Shown: positions 31,837 through 43,253, numbered from the stretch's first letter. The stretch is DNA of 64,000 bases from Treponemataceae bacterium (GCA_963667725.2 CAXXHO010000003.1:224001-288000); one strand, 5' to 3'. Translations and numbers: made by a program. Notes: generated from the sequence alone by a model not told the origin.

Positions 31837-33663
31837 ATGAAACGATCATTTTCTTTCTGTCTTGCCGCGGTACTGCTTCTTGCCGCAACGGTAGCTGGCG
31901 CGGCGCCAAAGTCCGAGGATTACTATCAGGTGTATTCGGGTGAACTCACGACCTTGAATTACCTCGTCACTGCCGGTACGAACGAGCATGAGATGATCGC
32001 GAACGTTTTGGACGGCCTCGTTGAATACGATAAGTATGGCGTTCTCGTCCCCTCCCTCGCCACCGACTGGACAAACTCCGCCGATGGAAAGACCTGGACC
32101 TTTACCCTGCGCAAGGGCGTGAAATGGGTCGACAACAAGGGCAAGGATTACGCTGAAGTCGTCGCCCAGGACTGGGTCGACGCCGCGCGTTACCTTTTCG
32201 ATAAAAAGAATGCCTCCCTCATCGCCAATATCGCCTATACGGTGATCAAGAACGGCAAAGCGTATTTCGAAGGGAAAGTGACCGATTTTAGTCAGGTCGG
32301 CGTCAAGGCTCTCGACAAGTATACGCTCCAGTACACGCTCGAGAAGCCGGTTCCCTATTTCCTCAGCATGCTCACCTATGTCTGCTTCCTGCCAGCGAAC
32401 GGCCAGTTCATCGAGAAAACCGGAACCCGCTTCGGCACCGATAACAAGACTATCCTTTATAATGGCGCGTACATCATTGAAACCTTCGAGCCCCAGGTAG
32501 GCCGCACGCTCGTGCGCAACGATAAGTACTGGGACAAGGAACACGTGTACATTCGCCGCCTGATTTTTAAGTACAACAAGGAATCGGGAACCCTCAGCCC
32601 CGAACTTTTCCTCAGAGGCGAAATATCCTCCGTCATCTCCATTCCAAGCTCCCTCATCGACTCCTGGATGAAGGATCCGGCCAAGAAAGCCATAATTCGG
32701 CCTTTGGTGACCAACTCCTATACCTATTTCTACGCGCTCAACTTCAACCCCACCTTCGACGCGCAGTACGACCCCGACAACTGGAAGGTCGCCGTCAACA
32801 ACAAGAATTTCAGGAAAGCCCTCTTCCACGCGCTGGACAAGCGTGCGGCCATGCTCACCTCGGAGCCGTACGCGCCGGAACGCAGGCTCCAAAACACGAT
32901 CACACCGCGCAACTTCGTTAACGCTTCAGGGAAGGACTATGTTGATATGGCCGATCTGGCCAAGGTCGCGAAAGCCGATTCCTTCAATAAAACCTTAGCC
33001 GTCGGATTCAAGGCCAAGGCTATGGCGGAACTGGCCGGCACGGCGAAATTCCCCGTCAAGGTCATGATGCCGTACAACGCCGGCATGTCGGACTGGACGA
33101 ACCGCGCCCAGGTCGTCGAACAGCAGCTGGAAAATCTTCTCGGCAATGATTTTATCGACGTGATTCCAGTTTCCTTCCCCGCCACGGGCTTCCTCGGCGC
33201 CACTCGACGCAAAGGCAACTACGCGATTCTGGAATGCAACTGGGGTCCGGACTACGCCGATCCGGAAACCTATACCGATCCCTTCATCACCGGATCGAAC
33301 TACAACTGGCCGGAGAAAGCGATCGGATACGTTCAGGCTAACGGCAAGTCGATCTATGAGAACATGGTGGACGCGGCCAAGGCGGAAACCGTCAATATCG
33401 CGAAACGCTACGAGCTCTTCGCCAAGGCCGAAGCTTATTTCATAGACGAAGCCTTCGTCATACCCTACGCGATAGGCGGCGGCGGTTTCACGGCATCCAA
33501 GCTCGAACCCTTCTCCTATCCCTTCGCGCCCTTCGGCACTTCCACCCTGAAATTCAAGGGACAGACCGTCATGCAGAAACCGCTTTCCACGGAAGCCTAC
33601 AACAAGATGAAAGCCGCATGGGACGCGGAACGCGAAGAAGCCCTCAAGAAATCCAAGTACTAA
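31837..33663 (+). CDS. oppA: Oligopeptide ABC transporter substrate-binding protein
   Basis: DGLVEYDKYG, TWTFTLRKGVKW, VGVKALDKYTLQYTL, WGPDYADPETY. Confidence 0.92.
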   Translation: MKRSFSFCLAAVLLLAATVAGAAPKSEDYYQVYSGELTTLNYLVTAGTNEHEMIANVLDGLVEYDKYGVLVPSLATDWTNSADGKTWTFTLRKGVKWVDNKGKDYAEVVAQDWVDAARYLFDKKNASLIANIAYTVIKNGKAYFEGKVTDFSQVGVKALDKYTLQYTLEKPVPYFLSMLTYVCFLPANGQFIEKTGTRFGTDNKTILYNGAYIIETFEPQVGRTLVRNDKYWDKEHVYIRRLIFKYNKESGTLSPELFLRGEISSVISIPSSLIDSWMKDPAKKAIIRPLVTNSYTYFYALNFNPTFDAQYDPDNWKVAVNNKNFRKALFHALDKRAAMLTSEPYAPERRLQNTITPRNFVNASGKDYVDMADLAKVAKADSFNKTLAVGFKAKAMAELAGTAKFPVKVMMPYNAGMSDWTNRAQVVEQQLENLLGNDFIDVIPVSFPATGFLGATRRKGNYAILECNWGPDYADPETYTDPFITGSNYNWPEKAIGYVQANGKSIYENMVDAAKAETVNIAKRYELFAKAEAYFIDEAFVIPYAIGGGGFTASKLEPFSYPFAPFGTSTLKFKGQTVMQKPLSTEAYNKMKAAWDAEREEALKKSKY

Positions 33664-33690
33664 GCAGCATGGCTTTTACATCATGATCGA

Positions 33691-33720
33691 GAGAAGGGCG
33701 GGGTGATCCCCGCCCTTCTC
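33691..33720 (+). other. Intercistronic 13-bp stem-loop after oppA
   Basis: GAGAAGGGCGGGG-tgat-CCCCGCCCTTCTC. Confidence 0.8.
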
Positions 33721-33743
33721 CGATTGAAGATCGCGGAGATTCA

Positions 33744-34688
33744 ATGATTCGATATATCCTTAAGCGGTTTTCTCAATCGCTCGTCACGCTCTTCATCGTC
33801 GTGTCGCTCGTGTTCCTGCTGATGCGACTTCTCCCTCTGGAAGGATATTTCGCCGAGGGTTACGACAAGCTTTCAGAGGTGCAGAAGGTCGCCGCCCTAG
33901 ACCGCATGGGCTTGCTCGATCCCTGGTATGTCCAGCTGGGCAATTTTTACGTAAGACTCTCAAGGGGCGATTTGGGCACTTCCATCATCTACCGGCGGGA
34001 CGTGCCCGTCACCGAAGTGATAGCCCCGCGAATTCCCTATTCCATGTATTTCGGGATTTTCGCCACGCTTCTGGCGCTGGTTGCGGGCCTGTCCCTTGGT
34101 GCATTCATGGCGAGGAAGAAAGGGCGGGCTCTGGACAAAGCGGGCACCGCATACATTGTGCTGATCAACGCGATGCCGTCGGCCGTCTATCTCCTTTTCA
34201 TACAGTTGTACGGCACCAGTCTCTTCAATCTTCCCATTCTATTCGACAAGTACCGCGTAAAAAGCTGGATACTGCCTACCATTTCCCTGTCGTTGGGTGG
34301 CATAGCCGGCTACGCGATGTGGATACGGCGCTATATGGTCGACGAACTCAACAAGGATTATATAAAGCTCGCCAGAGCGAAGGGGCTGCCCGAAAAGCTC
34401 ATCATGGTGCGTCACGTTATGCGAAACGCTTTCGTTCCCATGGCGCAATATCTTCCCGCCGCCATACTTTCGACCATTTCCGGCTCTATCTATATCGAAT
34501 CGCTTTATTCCATTCCCGGCATGGGCGGACTTCTTGTCGACGTCATTCAACGTCAGGACAACCCGATGGTCCAGGCTCTCGTCCTCATTTTCTCCTCGGT
34601 GGGAATCATCGGTCTTTTTCTCGGCGATATTCTCATGGCGATATTCGATCCGAGGATAAAACTCGTAAAAGGGGAGGGCTCGCGATGA
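33744..34688 (+). CDS. oppB: Oligopeptide ABC permease
   Basis: GDLGTS, DYIKLARAKGL, RHVMRNA, IPGMG. Confidence 0.92.
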   Translation: MIRYILKRFSQSLVTLFIVVSLVFLLMRLLPLEGYFAEGYDKLSEVQKVAALDRMGLLDPWYVQLGNFYVRLSRGDLGTSIIYRRDVPVTEVIAPRIPYSMYFGIFATLLALVAGLSLGAFMARKKGRALDKAGTAYIVLINAMPSAVYLLFIQLYGTSLFNLPILFDKYRVKSWILPTISLSLGGIAGYAMWIRRYMVDELNKDYIKLARAKGLPEKLIMVRHVMRNAFVPMAQYLPAAILSTISGSIYIESLYSIPGMGGLLVDVIQRQDNPMVQALVLIFSSVGIIGLFLGDILMAIFDPRIKLVKGEGSR

Positions 34689-35617
34689 GCGACTCGCTTT
34701 TCGAATTCGCCGACTTCGACGAAAACGCCTCGGAACGCATCGGATATTCCGATTACTCGTATTGGCGGTCCACCGTAAAGGTTTTTCTCAAGAACAAGAT
34801 CGCCGTTATCCTCCTCGTCGTGCTTTCTATATTGCTGATATTCACGTTCATCCAACCTTTGATCCCGGGGCAGAATTCGCCCACAAAGATTCATATCGAC
34901 CCTGCCACGAGCGTGCAGATGCGCAACCGCCTTCCGGATTCAACCTTCTGGTTCGGGACCAACTCCATAGGCCAGGATCTCTGGGCTCGCATCTGGAGCG
35001 GCACGCGGACAAGCCTTCTCATCGGTCTCATCGTCGGATTCTTCGAGATGCTGGTAGGCATCACGTATGGAGCACTCTGGGGCTATGTACGCAAGCTCGA
35101 CAGAGTGATGACGGAAGTGTACAACGTCCTCAACAATATACCCACGACGATCATTCTGCTGTTGATGGCCTATATTCTCCGGCCCGGATTCAAGACCATG
35201 ATCATCGCGATGTGCATCACGGGCTGGCTGGGGCTTGCCCGCTTCGTGCGCAACCAGATCGTCATCATAAGGGACAGGGAATACAACCTCGCGTCGCGCT
35301 GCCTCGGAACGCCGGCGGGCAGAGTGATAGGCCGGAATCTTTTGCCCTATCTCGTGTCGGTGATCATGCTGCAGACGGCCCTCTCCATCCCCGGAACCAT
35401 AGGCTGGGAGGTCTTCCTCACGTACATCGGTCTCGGACTGCCGGTGAGCATCCCCTCCCTCGGGAATCTGGTCAATGAAGGCAGGCTCATAATGATGTCG
35501 CCTGAGCTCAGGTACCAGCTGATATTCCCCACGATCGTGCTGTCCATCATTACGATATCCTTCTATGTTCTCGGCAACGCTTTCGCCGACGCGTCCGATC
35601 CGCGCAACCATGTGTAG
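34685..35617 (+). CDS. oppC: Oligopeptide ABC permease
   Basis: SYWRS, FGTNSIGQDLWARIWSG, EYNLASRCLG, DASDPR; ATG 34685 overlaps the oppB stop. Confidence 0.92.
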   Translation: MSDSLFEFADFDENASERIGYSDYSYWRSTVKVFLKNKIAVILLVVLSILLIFTFIQPLIPGQNSPTKIHIDPATSVQMRNRLPDSTFWFGTNSIGQDLWARIWSGTRTSLLIGLIVGFFEMLVGITYGALWGYVRKLDRVMTEVYNVLNNIPTTIILLLMAYILRPGFKTMIIAMCITGWLGLARFVRNQIVIIRDREYNLASRCLGTPAGRVIGRNLLPYLVSVIMLQTALSIPGTIGWEVFLTYIGLGLPVSIPSLGNLVNEGRLIMMSPELRYQLIFPTIVLSIITISFYVLGNAFADASDPRNHV

Positions 35618-35626
35618 GGGCAGGTG

Positions 35627-36700
35627 ATGGAAAATATACTGGCGGAAAAAATCCTCGACGTTAAAGATATCGTCATTAAATTTAACTTGAGGGGGCAGGT
35701 TCTCACCGCGATACGCGGGACCAGTCTCGATGTCAGGAAAGGCGAGACGATAGCCATCGTCGGCGAATCCGGTTCGGGGAAATCCGTGCTCACGAAATCC
35801 TTCATCGGCATGCTGGACAAAAACGGATGGGTGGATTCGGGATCCATCCTTTTCGACGGCGAAGATCTCGCGAAGTTCCGCGGCGAAAAACCCTGGCTCG
35901 CGATAAGGGGCAAAAAAATATCCATGGTTTTTCAGGACCCGATGACTTCGCTCAATCCTCTCAGGACAGTGGGCTCGCAGATCGGGGAAGTCTATGCGCT
36001 TCATCGCGGCTACAACGCCAAGAAGGCCGAAACTGCCGCCATAGAGATGCTGAATCGAGTGGGTATTCCCGACGCCGACAAGCGTCATAAGCAGTTTCCG
36101 CACGAATTTTCGGGCGGCATGCGGCAGCGTGTCGTCATAGCCATCGCCATGGCATGCGAGCCGCGCATCCTCATCTGCGACGAGCCTACGACGGCCCTCG
36201 ACGTGACTATCCAGGCCCAGATACTGGATTTAATCCGTTCCCTTCAGGCCGAGTTCGGCTTTACGACCATTTACATCACCCACGACCTGGGTGTGGTAGC
36301 CAACGTCGCCGACAGAGTGGCGGTGATGTATGCCGGGAAAATCGTGGAATGCGGGCAGGCGGAAGAAGTCTTCTACGATCCGCGCCATCCTTACACATGG
36401 GCTTTGCTGTCATCGCTGCCCCAGCTGGGAATCAAGGGGAAACCTCTCTTTTCGATAAAGGGCACCCCTCCGAGCCTTTTCAAGGAAATTAAAGGGGACG
36501 CTTTCGCGGCGCGCAATCCCTATGCGCTCAAGATCGATTTCGTGCAGGAGCCTCCGCGTTTCGAGGTGAGCCCCAGCCACTGGGCTTCCACCTGGCTGCT
36601 CGATCCCCGCGCGCCCAAGGTGGAACCACCTGAGATCATCAAGCACTTGCAGGAATCCTGGCAGGTTCAGAACGCATGGCTTTCGGGTTCCAAGGCTTAA
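35627..36700 (+). CDS. oppD: Oligopeptide ABC ATPase
   Basis: [38 protein letters not shown]. Confidence 0.93.
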   Translation: MENILAEKILDVKDIVIKFNLRGQVLTAIRGTSLDVRKGETIAIVGESGSGKSVLTKSFIGMLDKNGWVDSGSILFDGEDLAKFRGEKPWLAIRGKKISMVFQDPMTSLNPLRTVGSQIGEVYALHRGYNAKKAETAAIEMLNRVGIPDADKRHKQFPHEFSGGMRQRVVIAIAMACEPRILICDEPTTALDVTIQAQILDLIRSLQAEFGFTTIYITHDLGVVANVADRVAVMYAGKIVECGQAEEVFYDPRHPYTWALLSSLPQLGIKGKPLFSIKGTPPSLFKEIKGDAFAARNPYALKIDFVQEPPRFEVSPSHWASTWLLDPRAPKVEPPEIIKHLQESWQVQNAWLSGSKA

Positions 36701-36723
36701 ACATGCAAACGAGGAATGAAGCG

Positions 36724-37653
36724 ATGGAGCGCGAGAAAATACTGGAAGTGAAAGACCTGTCGGTCGATTTCAAGGTGAAGGGCGGAAGCTTCCGCGCTGT
36801 CGACAAGGTCAATTTTTTCATATACAAGGGCGAAACCTTCGGTCTCGTCGGGGAATCGGGATCAGGGAAGACGACCATCGGCCGGGCGATCGTGAGGATT
36901 AATGAAGCGAGCGGCGGGGAAATTCTCTTCAAGGGAAGGAATATCAACGGTCGCATAACGCCTGAACTGGATCGTGAAGTGGTCCAGAAAATACAGATGA
37001 TTTTCCAGGATCCGATGGCGTCGCTCAACGAGAGAGCGAAGATAGACTATATCGTATCGGAAGGCCTGTACAATATCCATGGATTTTCGAGCGAGAAGGA
37101 GAGAGTGGAACTCGTCCAGAAAGCGCTTCTCGAAGTGGGCCTTCTGCCCGAGTTCGCCAGCCGTTTTCCCCATGAGTTCTCGGGCGGCCAACGTCAAAGA
37201 ATAGGCATAGCCCGCGCCCTCATAATGGCGCCGGAGTTCATCATCGCCGACGAGCCCATCTCGGCGCTGGACGTCTCGATCAGGGCTCAGGTGCTCAACC
37301 TCCTCTCCCAGATCCAGAAGACCAAGGGGCTGTCCCTCATGTTCATCGCGCACGATCTCTCGGTTGTGCGATTCATAACGGACAGGATAGCTGTGATCCA
37401 TCTGGGCAAGATCGTGGAACTCGGCGAGACGGAAGAAATATTCTCCAAGCCGCTCCACCCTTACACGAAGGCGCTGCTCTCCGCCGTTCCCCTGCCGGAT
37501 CCTCGGCGCGAGAAGGGCAAGAAATCGACGCCTTACGACCAGTCGTGCCACGACTACAGCGATGAACAGCCCAGCTGGCGTGAAGCCCTGCCCGGGCATT
37601 TCGTATACGGGAACGGGGAAGAGACGGAAGACTGGACGAGGCGCTACCGGTGA
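36724..37653 (+). CDS. oppF: Oligopeptide ABC ATPase
   Basis: [31 protein letters not shown]. Confidence 0.93.
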   Translation: MEREKILEVKDLSVDFKVKGGSFRAVDKVNFFIYKGETFGLVGESGSGKTTIGRAIVRINEASGGEILFKGRNINGRITPELDREVVQKIQMIFQDPMASLNERAKIDYIVSEGLYNIHGFSSEKERVELVQKALLEVGLLPEFASRFPHEFSGGQRQRIGIARALIMAPEFIIADEPISALDVSIRAQVLNLLSQIQKTKGLSLMFIAHDLSVVRFITDRIAVIHLGKIVELGETEEIFSKPLHPYTKALLSAVPLPDPRREKGKKSTPYDQSCHDYSDEQPSWREALPGHFVYGNGEETEDWTRRYR

Positions 37654-37657
37654 GAGA

Positions 37658-38017
37658 TCAGAATTTCGCGCCTATTCCGAAGCCGAAATAAAGGACGAGG
37701 GAGGCCAGGGCGAGGAAGGCGGAAGCGGCCAGCAGAACGCGGCGGCTTCGTTTGGATGAAAGGTCGGGCGGCGGCGTATCCTGCCCGCGGCGTTTCAAGA
37801 ACGAGTCGTCCCGGAGATAGAGGAGCCAGGCGACGAGAAGATAGAAGCCCATGACGGCGACGGCGAGCCATTCCACATAGTAGAGTTTGCCCAGAAGCTT
37901 GAGACCGGCGAGGAAACTGGCCGCCAGCCCCAAGCCTCCCAAACCCAGCCCCATGGCCGCGTCCTTCAGTCGCCGATCTTTTGGACGCGTTCCATTTTCG
38001 ATTGTTGTTCGATTCAT
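37658..38017 (-). CDS. Small hypothetical membrane protein (about 3 TM)
   Basis: Hydrophobic segments; start MNRTT 7 nt after a TTGACA-N17-CACAAT promoter. Confidence 0.6.
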   Translation of the reverse strand: MNRTTIENGTRPKDRRLKDAAMGLGLGGLGLAASFLAGLKLLGKLYYVEWLAVAVMGFYLLVAWLLYLRDDSFLKRRGQDTPPPDLSSKRSRRVLLAASAFLALASLVLYFGFGIGAKF

Positions 38018-38091
38018 TGAAGGCATTGTGGGGACTCGAAATCTTCTTGTCAACGCGGCGGAATCCGGAAGATGGAGACGGGAGGAAGATA

Positions 38092-39468
38092 ATGAAAAGA
38101 GGGACGGGAAAAGCGGCCGAAGCATCGCGGGAACTCGGCGAGGCCTGCGCTCGGGTGATGGAGTTGCCGGGGAAGCCTCTTTCTGGCCTCGCCGTCGTCC
38201 TGCTTCGGGGCGGCCGCATAGCCTGGGAGGGGTATTTCGGCGCGAGACGCTTTGCCGCGAGCGAGGGGAGGCTGCGGATAGAGGGGCAGGGGGGAGCGCC
38301 GGATCTGCCTGTCGACGAGCGCACGCGGTGGCGCGTCGCCTCAATTTCCAAGCCCACGGCGACGATTGGCGCCATGCGCCTCGTCGAGCAAGGGGCTCTC
38401 GACCTCGATCGCGACATTTCGGATTATCTGGGATTCACGCTGCGCAATCCATCCTTTCCCGATAAAAAGATCACGACAAGAATGCTTCTCGGCCATACAT
38501 CTAGCCTCCGCGACGCCGGGTTCTATTATCCCCCGCTTGGACACAGGCTGGAGGAACTTTTCGTCCCCGATGGCAGATATTTCGATTCGGGCAGACACTT
38601 TGCCCGGAAGGATTCCCGCGTCGACAAATCGCCTGCTTCGTTTTACTGCTACTGCAACCTGGGATATGCCCTCCTCGGGAGCATCGTGGAGAGGGTCGCG
38701 GGCAAACGTTTCGATCTCTACATGCAGGAAGCCGTTTTCGAACCGCTCGGCATCGATGGCGGATTCAACGTCAATCTGCTCTCGGGTGAGGGGTTTGCCA
38801 ACCTTTCGCCCATCTATAGAAAATGCCCGGCCGATAAAGAGTCGGATGATTCCTGGAACGCGAGTGGCCCCTGGTATCCGCAGATTGATGACTACCGCGG
38901 AGTCCGCCCTAAGCTTCCGGTCCGAATCCCGGCAGCGCCGCCTTCGCTTGAAGAGTATAGGCTGGGGGAGAATGGTTCGCTGTTTTCGCCTCAGGGCGGC
39001 ATGCGCGTCCGCGCCCGAGATCTCGCGAAAATCGCGCAGTGTCTCATCGACGGCGGCAAGGTGGACGCGGGCTTTGGCATCGAGGGCGGGGCTCAGGCGG
39101 CGGATCCGCGATCGGGCGTTGTTCGTCTGCTTTCCGAGATGAGCGTGAACGCGATGATGACTCCCGGCTGGCAGAGACGCGAAGACGGCGCCAACTGCGA
39201 GGAAGAATTCAGTCGTACCTATGCGACCGGCATAGGCATGATGCGTCCGACCGGCCCGGGGGGACGGCCCGGCCTATGGGGACACCGCGGCAACGCCTAC
39301 GGTTTCTTGGGCGGCATGTTCGTCGATCGGAGCAGCCGTTCGGGCTACGTATATATGATCGGCGGGACGGGGGCCAACCCGGACACCAACAGGGATGCGC
39401 AAAGCGGCCTTACAATATGGGAAGAAGCCCTCGGCCAAGCGATCGAAAAAGCGCTCAGTTTGATTTGA
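38092..39468 (+). CDS. Serine hydrolase, beta-lactamase/AmpC-like family
   Basis: ASISK (SxxK), LLGHTSSL, YCN (YxN), GHRG; GGAGG RBS before MKRGT. Confidence 0.88.
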   Translation: MKRGTGKAAEASRELGEACARVMELPGKPLSGLAVVLLRGGRIAWEGYFGARRFAASEGRLRIEGQGGAPDLPVDERTRWRVASISKPTATIGAMRLVEQGALDLDRDISDYLGFTLRNPSFPDKKITTRMLLGHTSSLRDAGFYYPPLGHRLEELFVPDGRYFDSGRHFARKDSRVDKSPASFYCYCNLGYALLGSIVERVAGKRFDLYMQEAVFEPLGIDGGFNVNLLSGEGFANLSPIYRKCPADKESDDSWNASGPWYPQIDDYRGVRPKLPVRIPAAPPSLEEYRLGENGSLFSPQGGMRVRARDLAKIAQCLIDGGKVDAGFGIEGGAQAADPRSGVVRLLSEMSVNAMMTPGWQRREDGANCEEEFSRTYATGIGMMRPTGPGGRPGLWGHRGNAYGFLGGMFVDRSSRSGYVYMIGGTGANPDTNRDAQSGLTIWEEALGQAIEKALSLI

Positions 39469-41578
39469 ATCTCCGGCGCACCTGGAGCTGTTCGGGCGGC
39501 GCTTCGGCAATCTCTGCCATGCGCTTCACCCTCTTGTAGAGCTGTTCCTGCGCAGAAACGGGTATTTCGCCTTCCATGGGCTTTACCCCTTCCCAGGAAC
39601 CGTCGGGAAGCATCCTGAAAGCATGGTCCGTATCCTTGAAATAGGTAGCCATGATTTCCACGCAAACACGCTGGAGACCTTCGTCGATCACCGGGAACAT
39701 CAGTTCGATCCTCCGTTCCAGATTCCTCGGCAGGCAATCGGCGCTGGAAAGATAGACTTCGTCGAGACCTCCGTTGCGGAAATGGAAGATGCGCGAGTGT
39801 TCGAGATAGCGTCCTAGAATGCTTCTAACCTCGATGGTCTCCGAGAGCCCCGGAATGCCGGGCAGGAGGGTGCAGGCTCCCCGAACGTTCAGCCTGACGA
39901 TCACGCCGGCGCGGGAGGCTTTATAGAAAGCCTCGATCACGTCGGTATCGGCCAGGGCGTTCAGTTTAGCCTCGATAAGGCCGGGAGACTCGGGCGAGGA
40001 GCGCTGGATCTCCCTGTCGATCAGGGAAAGTATCCGCTTTTTCAGATCAAAAGGCGCCACGGCCAGATGGGTGAGGGGCTGAATAGTGGAATAGCCGGTG
40101 AGCATGTTGAAAAGCGCCGAGGCTTCCCTGCAGAGATCATCGTTGGCGGTGAAAATCGAAAGGTCGGAGTAGCCCCGGGCTGTCTTTTCGTTATAGTTGC
40201 CGGTCGAGAGATGGAGATACTTGTGGATCGCTCCGTCCTTGGTTCTGCGAATCGCGAGGGCTACCTTGGCATGCACCTTCAGCCTCGCCACTCCATAGGT
40301 GACGATGGCGCCGGCCTGCTCGAGCGTGGAGGCCCAGGTTATATTCCTCTCTTCGTCGAAACGCGCCTTGAGTTCCACGACGACGGCCACTTGCTTCCCG
40401 TTTCGCGCCGCCCTTATTAGGGCCTTAACGACGGGAGAATCGCCCGAGGTCCTGTACAGCGTCATTTTTATGGCGAGAACGCTGGGATCGTCGGCTGCCT
40501 CGTCCAGGAAACGCTGGATCGCCCCGAACGATTCATAGGGCACATGGATGAGCCTGTCTCCGCTGTCGATCTCATCCCATACGCTCGCCCCCTCAGGACC
40601 GGGGAGGACTACGGGAGCCCAGGCTTTGTCTCTCAGCTTGGAGTTGGTCTTTCGATGACTTTTTTCCTCGATGGAAGCCAGGTCGTAGAAACCTGAAAGA
40701 TCTATGGGACCGTTCAACCGATAGGTGTCGATTTCGCCAAGCCCAAGACCTTTCTGGAGGATCGCGACGAGGGCGGCCGCCTTGCCGGAGACGCTGAGCC
40801 TCACCGGGGTGGAGTTCTGACGCCCAGCCAGAACTTCCTCCATGGCGGTCAGGAAATCCTCCTGCCTATCCTCGTCCACGCCCGAATCGGCGTCCCTCGT
40901 CACCTTGAATACCAGGGAACTGTTGACCTTGTGCCCGGGGAAAAGCCTGGACGCGTAGCTCGTGATGAGATCTTCGATGAGGGTAAAGCGGAATATATCC
41001 GGATCATCATCATCCTGTTTGGGAAGAGGAATGAAGCGGCCCGAGTTCTTGGGTACCTGGGCTATGGCGTAGACCTTTTCGCCGCTTTCCGTCTCGAGCT
41101 CGAAGGCGCATTGGAGCTGGAGATTGCCCGTCGAGGGGAATACGTCCTCCTCGATGCGCAAAGGGGTGATAAGGGGGAATACCTTTTCGCTGAAATAGCC
41201 TTCGAGATAACGCTTTTCGCCCAGGCTCCAGCGTCTGGGAGGAAGGATTTCCATCCCCGCCGCCGCGAGCCCCGGCAGGACATGCTCGGCTAGGCACTTG
41301 TACTGAATCCCGACCAGCTCCTTCACGCGGGCGGAAACCATGGCGAGCAGCTGCTCGGGGCTGGCGCCCGAGGCATCCAGGCTGTGATCTCCCCGGCCGA
41401 TCGCCGCCTTGAGGCCTGCCACCCGGACCATGAAGAACTCGTCAAAGTTGGACGTCACGATACCGAGAAACTTGAGGCGCTCGAGGAGGGGCACCGAATC
41501 CTTCAGCGCCACCTGGAGGACTCGGGCGTTGAACTCGATCCACGAAAGTTCGCGGTTTAGTACGGGATAATCGCTCAT
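39455..41578 (-). CDS. ppk1: Polyphosphate kinase 1
   Basis: NRELSWIEFNARV, NFDEFFMVRVAG, KMTLYRT, ELKARFDE, LKVHAK, TGNYN, YLEHSR; start MSDYP. Confidence 0.96.
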   Translation of the reverse strand: MSDYPVLNRELSWIEFNARVLQVALKDSVPLLERLKFLGIVTSNFDEFFMVRVAGLKAAIGRGDHSLDASGASPEQLLAMVSARVKELVGIQYKCLAEHVLPGLAAAGMEILPPRRWSLGEKRYLEGYFSEKVFPLITPLRIEEDVFPSTGNLQLQCAFELETESGEKVYAIAQVPKNSGRFIPLPKQDDDDPDIFRFTLIEDLITSYASRLFPGHKVNSSLVFKVTRDADSGVDEDRQEDFLTAMEEVLAGRQNSTPVRLSVSGKAAALVAILQKGLGLGEIDTYRLNGPIDLSGFYDLASIEEKSHRKTNSKLRDKAWAPVVLPGPEGASVWDEIDSGDRLIHVPYESFGAIQRFLDEAADDPSVLAIKMTLYRTSGDSPVVKALIRAARNGKQVAVVVELKARFDEERNITWASTLEQAGAIVTYGVARLKVHAKVALAIRRTKDGAIHKYLHLSTGNYNEKTARGYSDLSIFTANDDLCREASALFNMLTGYSTIQPLTHLAVAPFDLKKRILSLIDREIQRSSPESPGLIEAKLNALADTDVIEAFYKASRAGVIVRLNVRGACTLLPGIPGLSETIEVRSILGRYLEHSRIFHFRNGGLDEVYLSSADCLPRNLERRIELMFPVIDEGLQRVCVEIMATYFKDTDHAFRMLPDGSWEGVKPMEGEIPVSAQEQLYKRVKRMAEIAEAPPEQLQVRRRFKSN

Positions 41579-41585
41579 GGCTGCC

Positions 41586-43139
41586 TCATAGAACGGTCGG
41601 TACCAGACCGAAAACATCCTCGAACAGATCGCCCTTGTCGGCTAGCGATAGTCTTTCGAGCGAGAAGTCGAGGTTTCGAGTCGAACGGATCAGGAATTTT
41701 TCGCTGCCCTTCTCGAAAGAAGCGTCGATCATTCTTCCTGAGTGATTCCTGTCCAGCGCGTCGGCCACGCGCAGTATGGCCGAAAGCTTCATCACGACGA
41801 TTCTGTCCTCCCTGGGAAGGGAAATGTAGTTCACATGGGTGGGGGCGGGAGGCGAACGCCGGTGATAGCGCACCACGTTGGATATGATATTGATGTCGCT
41901 CCGGTTGAGACCGAAGATTTCCGAGTTGGATACGATATATTCCCCGTGCTTGTTATGACCCGAGGCTCTTATGTAGGTTCCGATATCGTGCAGTATGGCC
42001 GCGGTTTCCAGGAGAAGTCTTTCGTGGTAGCCCAACCCGTGTTCTTTCGAGAGCGAATCGAAAATGGCGAGGCAGAGTACGCTCACGCTTCGGGCATGGG
42101 CTTCGTCGTAGCGGAAGCGTTTGCCGAGCGCGCGCGCCGAGGCCAGGACCTGCTGCTTCAGCTCTTCTTCCACGGCCGGGTCCAGGCCTCGCACTTCGGC
42201 GAGGAGTAGCCCCTCCCTGATGGACACGTTGGGGACAATCACCTGGCTGGCCCCCGTCCTGGCAAGGAAAAGCGACTCGATGGCGAGCCCCGAGGAGAGA
42301 CCTTCCGCCTCCGCCCAAGGCAGATGATACGTGGCTATGCATTCTTCGATGGAAAGTTTCGATATGGTTTCGGCGAAGGCGATAAAATCTTCCCTGCCCA
42401 ATATGGAATAGGCGCCGAGATTTTGCCCCGAGACGCAGTACGCCGCGAACCGCGCGTCAGAACCGATCACGATGAAGGAATTGATCGAATCAAGCGGCAT
42501 ATACTCGGCCATCAGGTCGCAGGCGGTACGGATATTGCCTTCCAGAAACTCCTGGAGGTAGTTTTTCGAGGCGCCCGCCTCGCGCATCTGCTCATCCAGC
42601 CTCAGGGTCCCGATATGGAGGCTGTGGCTGGACATCATCTTACCGTGCTTGAGGAGCATGATCTCCGTCGTGCCCCCGCCTACTTCCAGGATCATCGAGT
42701 TCGAACGGGACAGAATTTTCCTCTCGTCCTGGAGGGCCTGCTGGACGGCCAGGTACATAAGATGGTTTTCCTCGATATCCTCGACGATCCTTATCTTGAA
42801 ACCTGTCTGGAGGGCCACTCTGTCTATGAAGGTATCCCTGTTCGATGCCTCCCTGAGGGCGCTCGTCGCGATCACCTTGGTCTCGTCGGGGGAAATGCCG
42901 TAGCCGTGAAGAAGCTCGCGATATGACGCCAGGACCGCTATGCTTTCGCGGATGGCCTCCCTGCCGATATTGCCCTGCGTGAACACGTCGCGGCCTATCC
43001 TGCTGGGCTTGCCCGCCCTGTCGAGAACTTTGATGCCGCCGGTGGCCTCTATCGAGGCAATAAGCAAACGTATCCCCGTGGATCCAATTTCCATGGCGGC
43101 TACCGGATTCGCGGCGGGGACGGCTTTCGCTTCCTTCAC
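41586..43139 (-). CDS. ppx: Ppx/GppA exopolyphosphatase with HD domain
   Basis: EIGSTGIRL, ATSALREA, EVGGGTTE, LHDIG, LRVADALD; GTG at 43139 has an AAGGAG RBS (alternative ATG 43172). Confidence 0.9.
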   Translation of the reverse strand: MKEAKAVPAANPVAAMEIGSTGIRLLIASIEATGGIKVLDRAGKPSRIGRDVFTQGNIGREAIRESIAVLASYRELLHGYGISPDETKVIATSALREASNRDTFIDRVALQTGFKIRIVEDIEENHLMYLAVQQALQDERKILSRSNSMILEVGGGTTEIMLLKHGKMMSSHSLHIGTLRLDEQMREAGASKNYLQEFLEGNIRTACDLMAEYMPLDSINSFIVIGSDARFAAYCVSGQNLGAYSILGREDFIAFAETISKLSIEECIATYHLPWAEAEGLSSGLAIESLFLARTGASQVIVPNVSIREGLLLAEVRGLDPAVEEELKQQVLASARALGKRFRYDEAHARSVSVLCLAIFDSLSKEHGLGYHERLLLETAAILHDIGTYIRASGHNKHGEYIVSNSEIFGLNRSDINIISNVVRYHRRSPPAPTHVNYISLPREDRIVVMKLSAILRVADALDRNHSGRMIDASFEKGSEKFLIRSTRNLDFSLERLSLADKGDLFEDVFGLVPTVL

Positions 43140-43253
43140 GTGCCTAACTCCTTGGTTGGTCGATTCGGACATGATACCACATATACTTCAGTTTGTGACC
43201 GCGCCAACTGCGCCTTTACCAAAAAGAGCCTTGCGGTGTACACTTTCCTCCGC

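Noticed and set aside
38092..39468. Beta-lactam resistance gene
   Set aside because: SxxK family membership only; no signal peptide; more likely an esterase or peptidase
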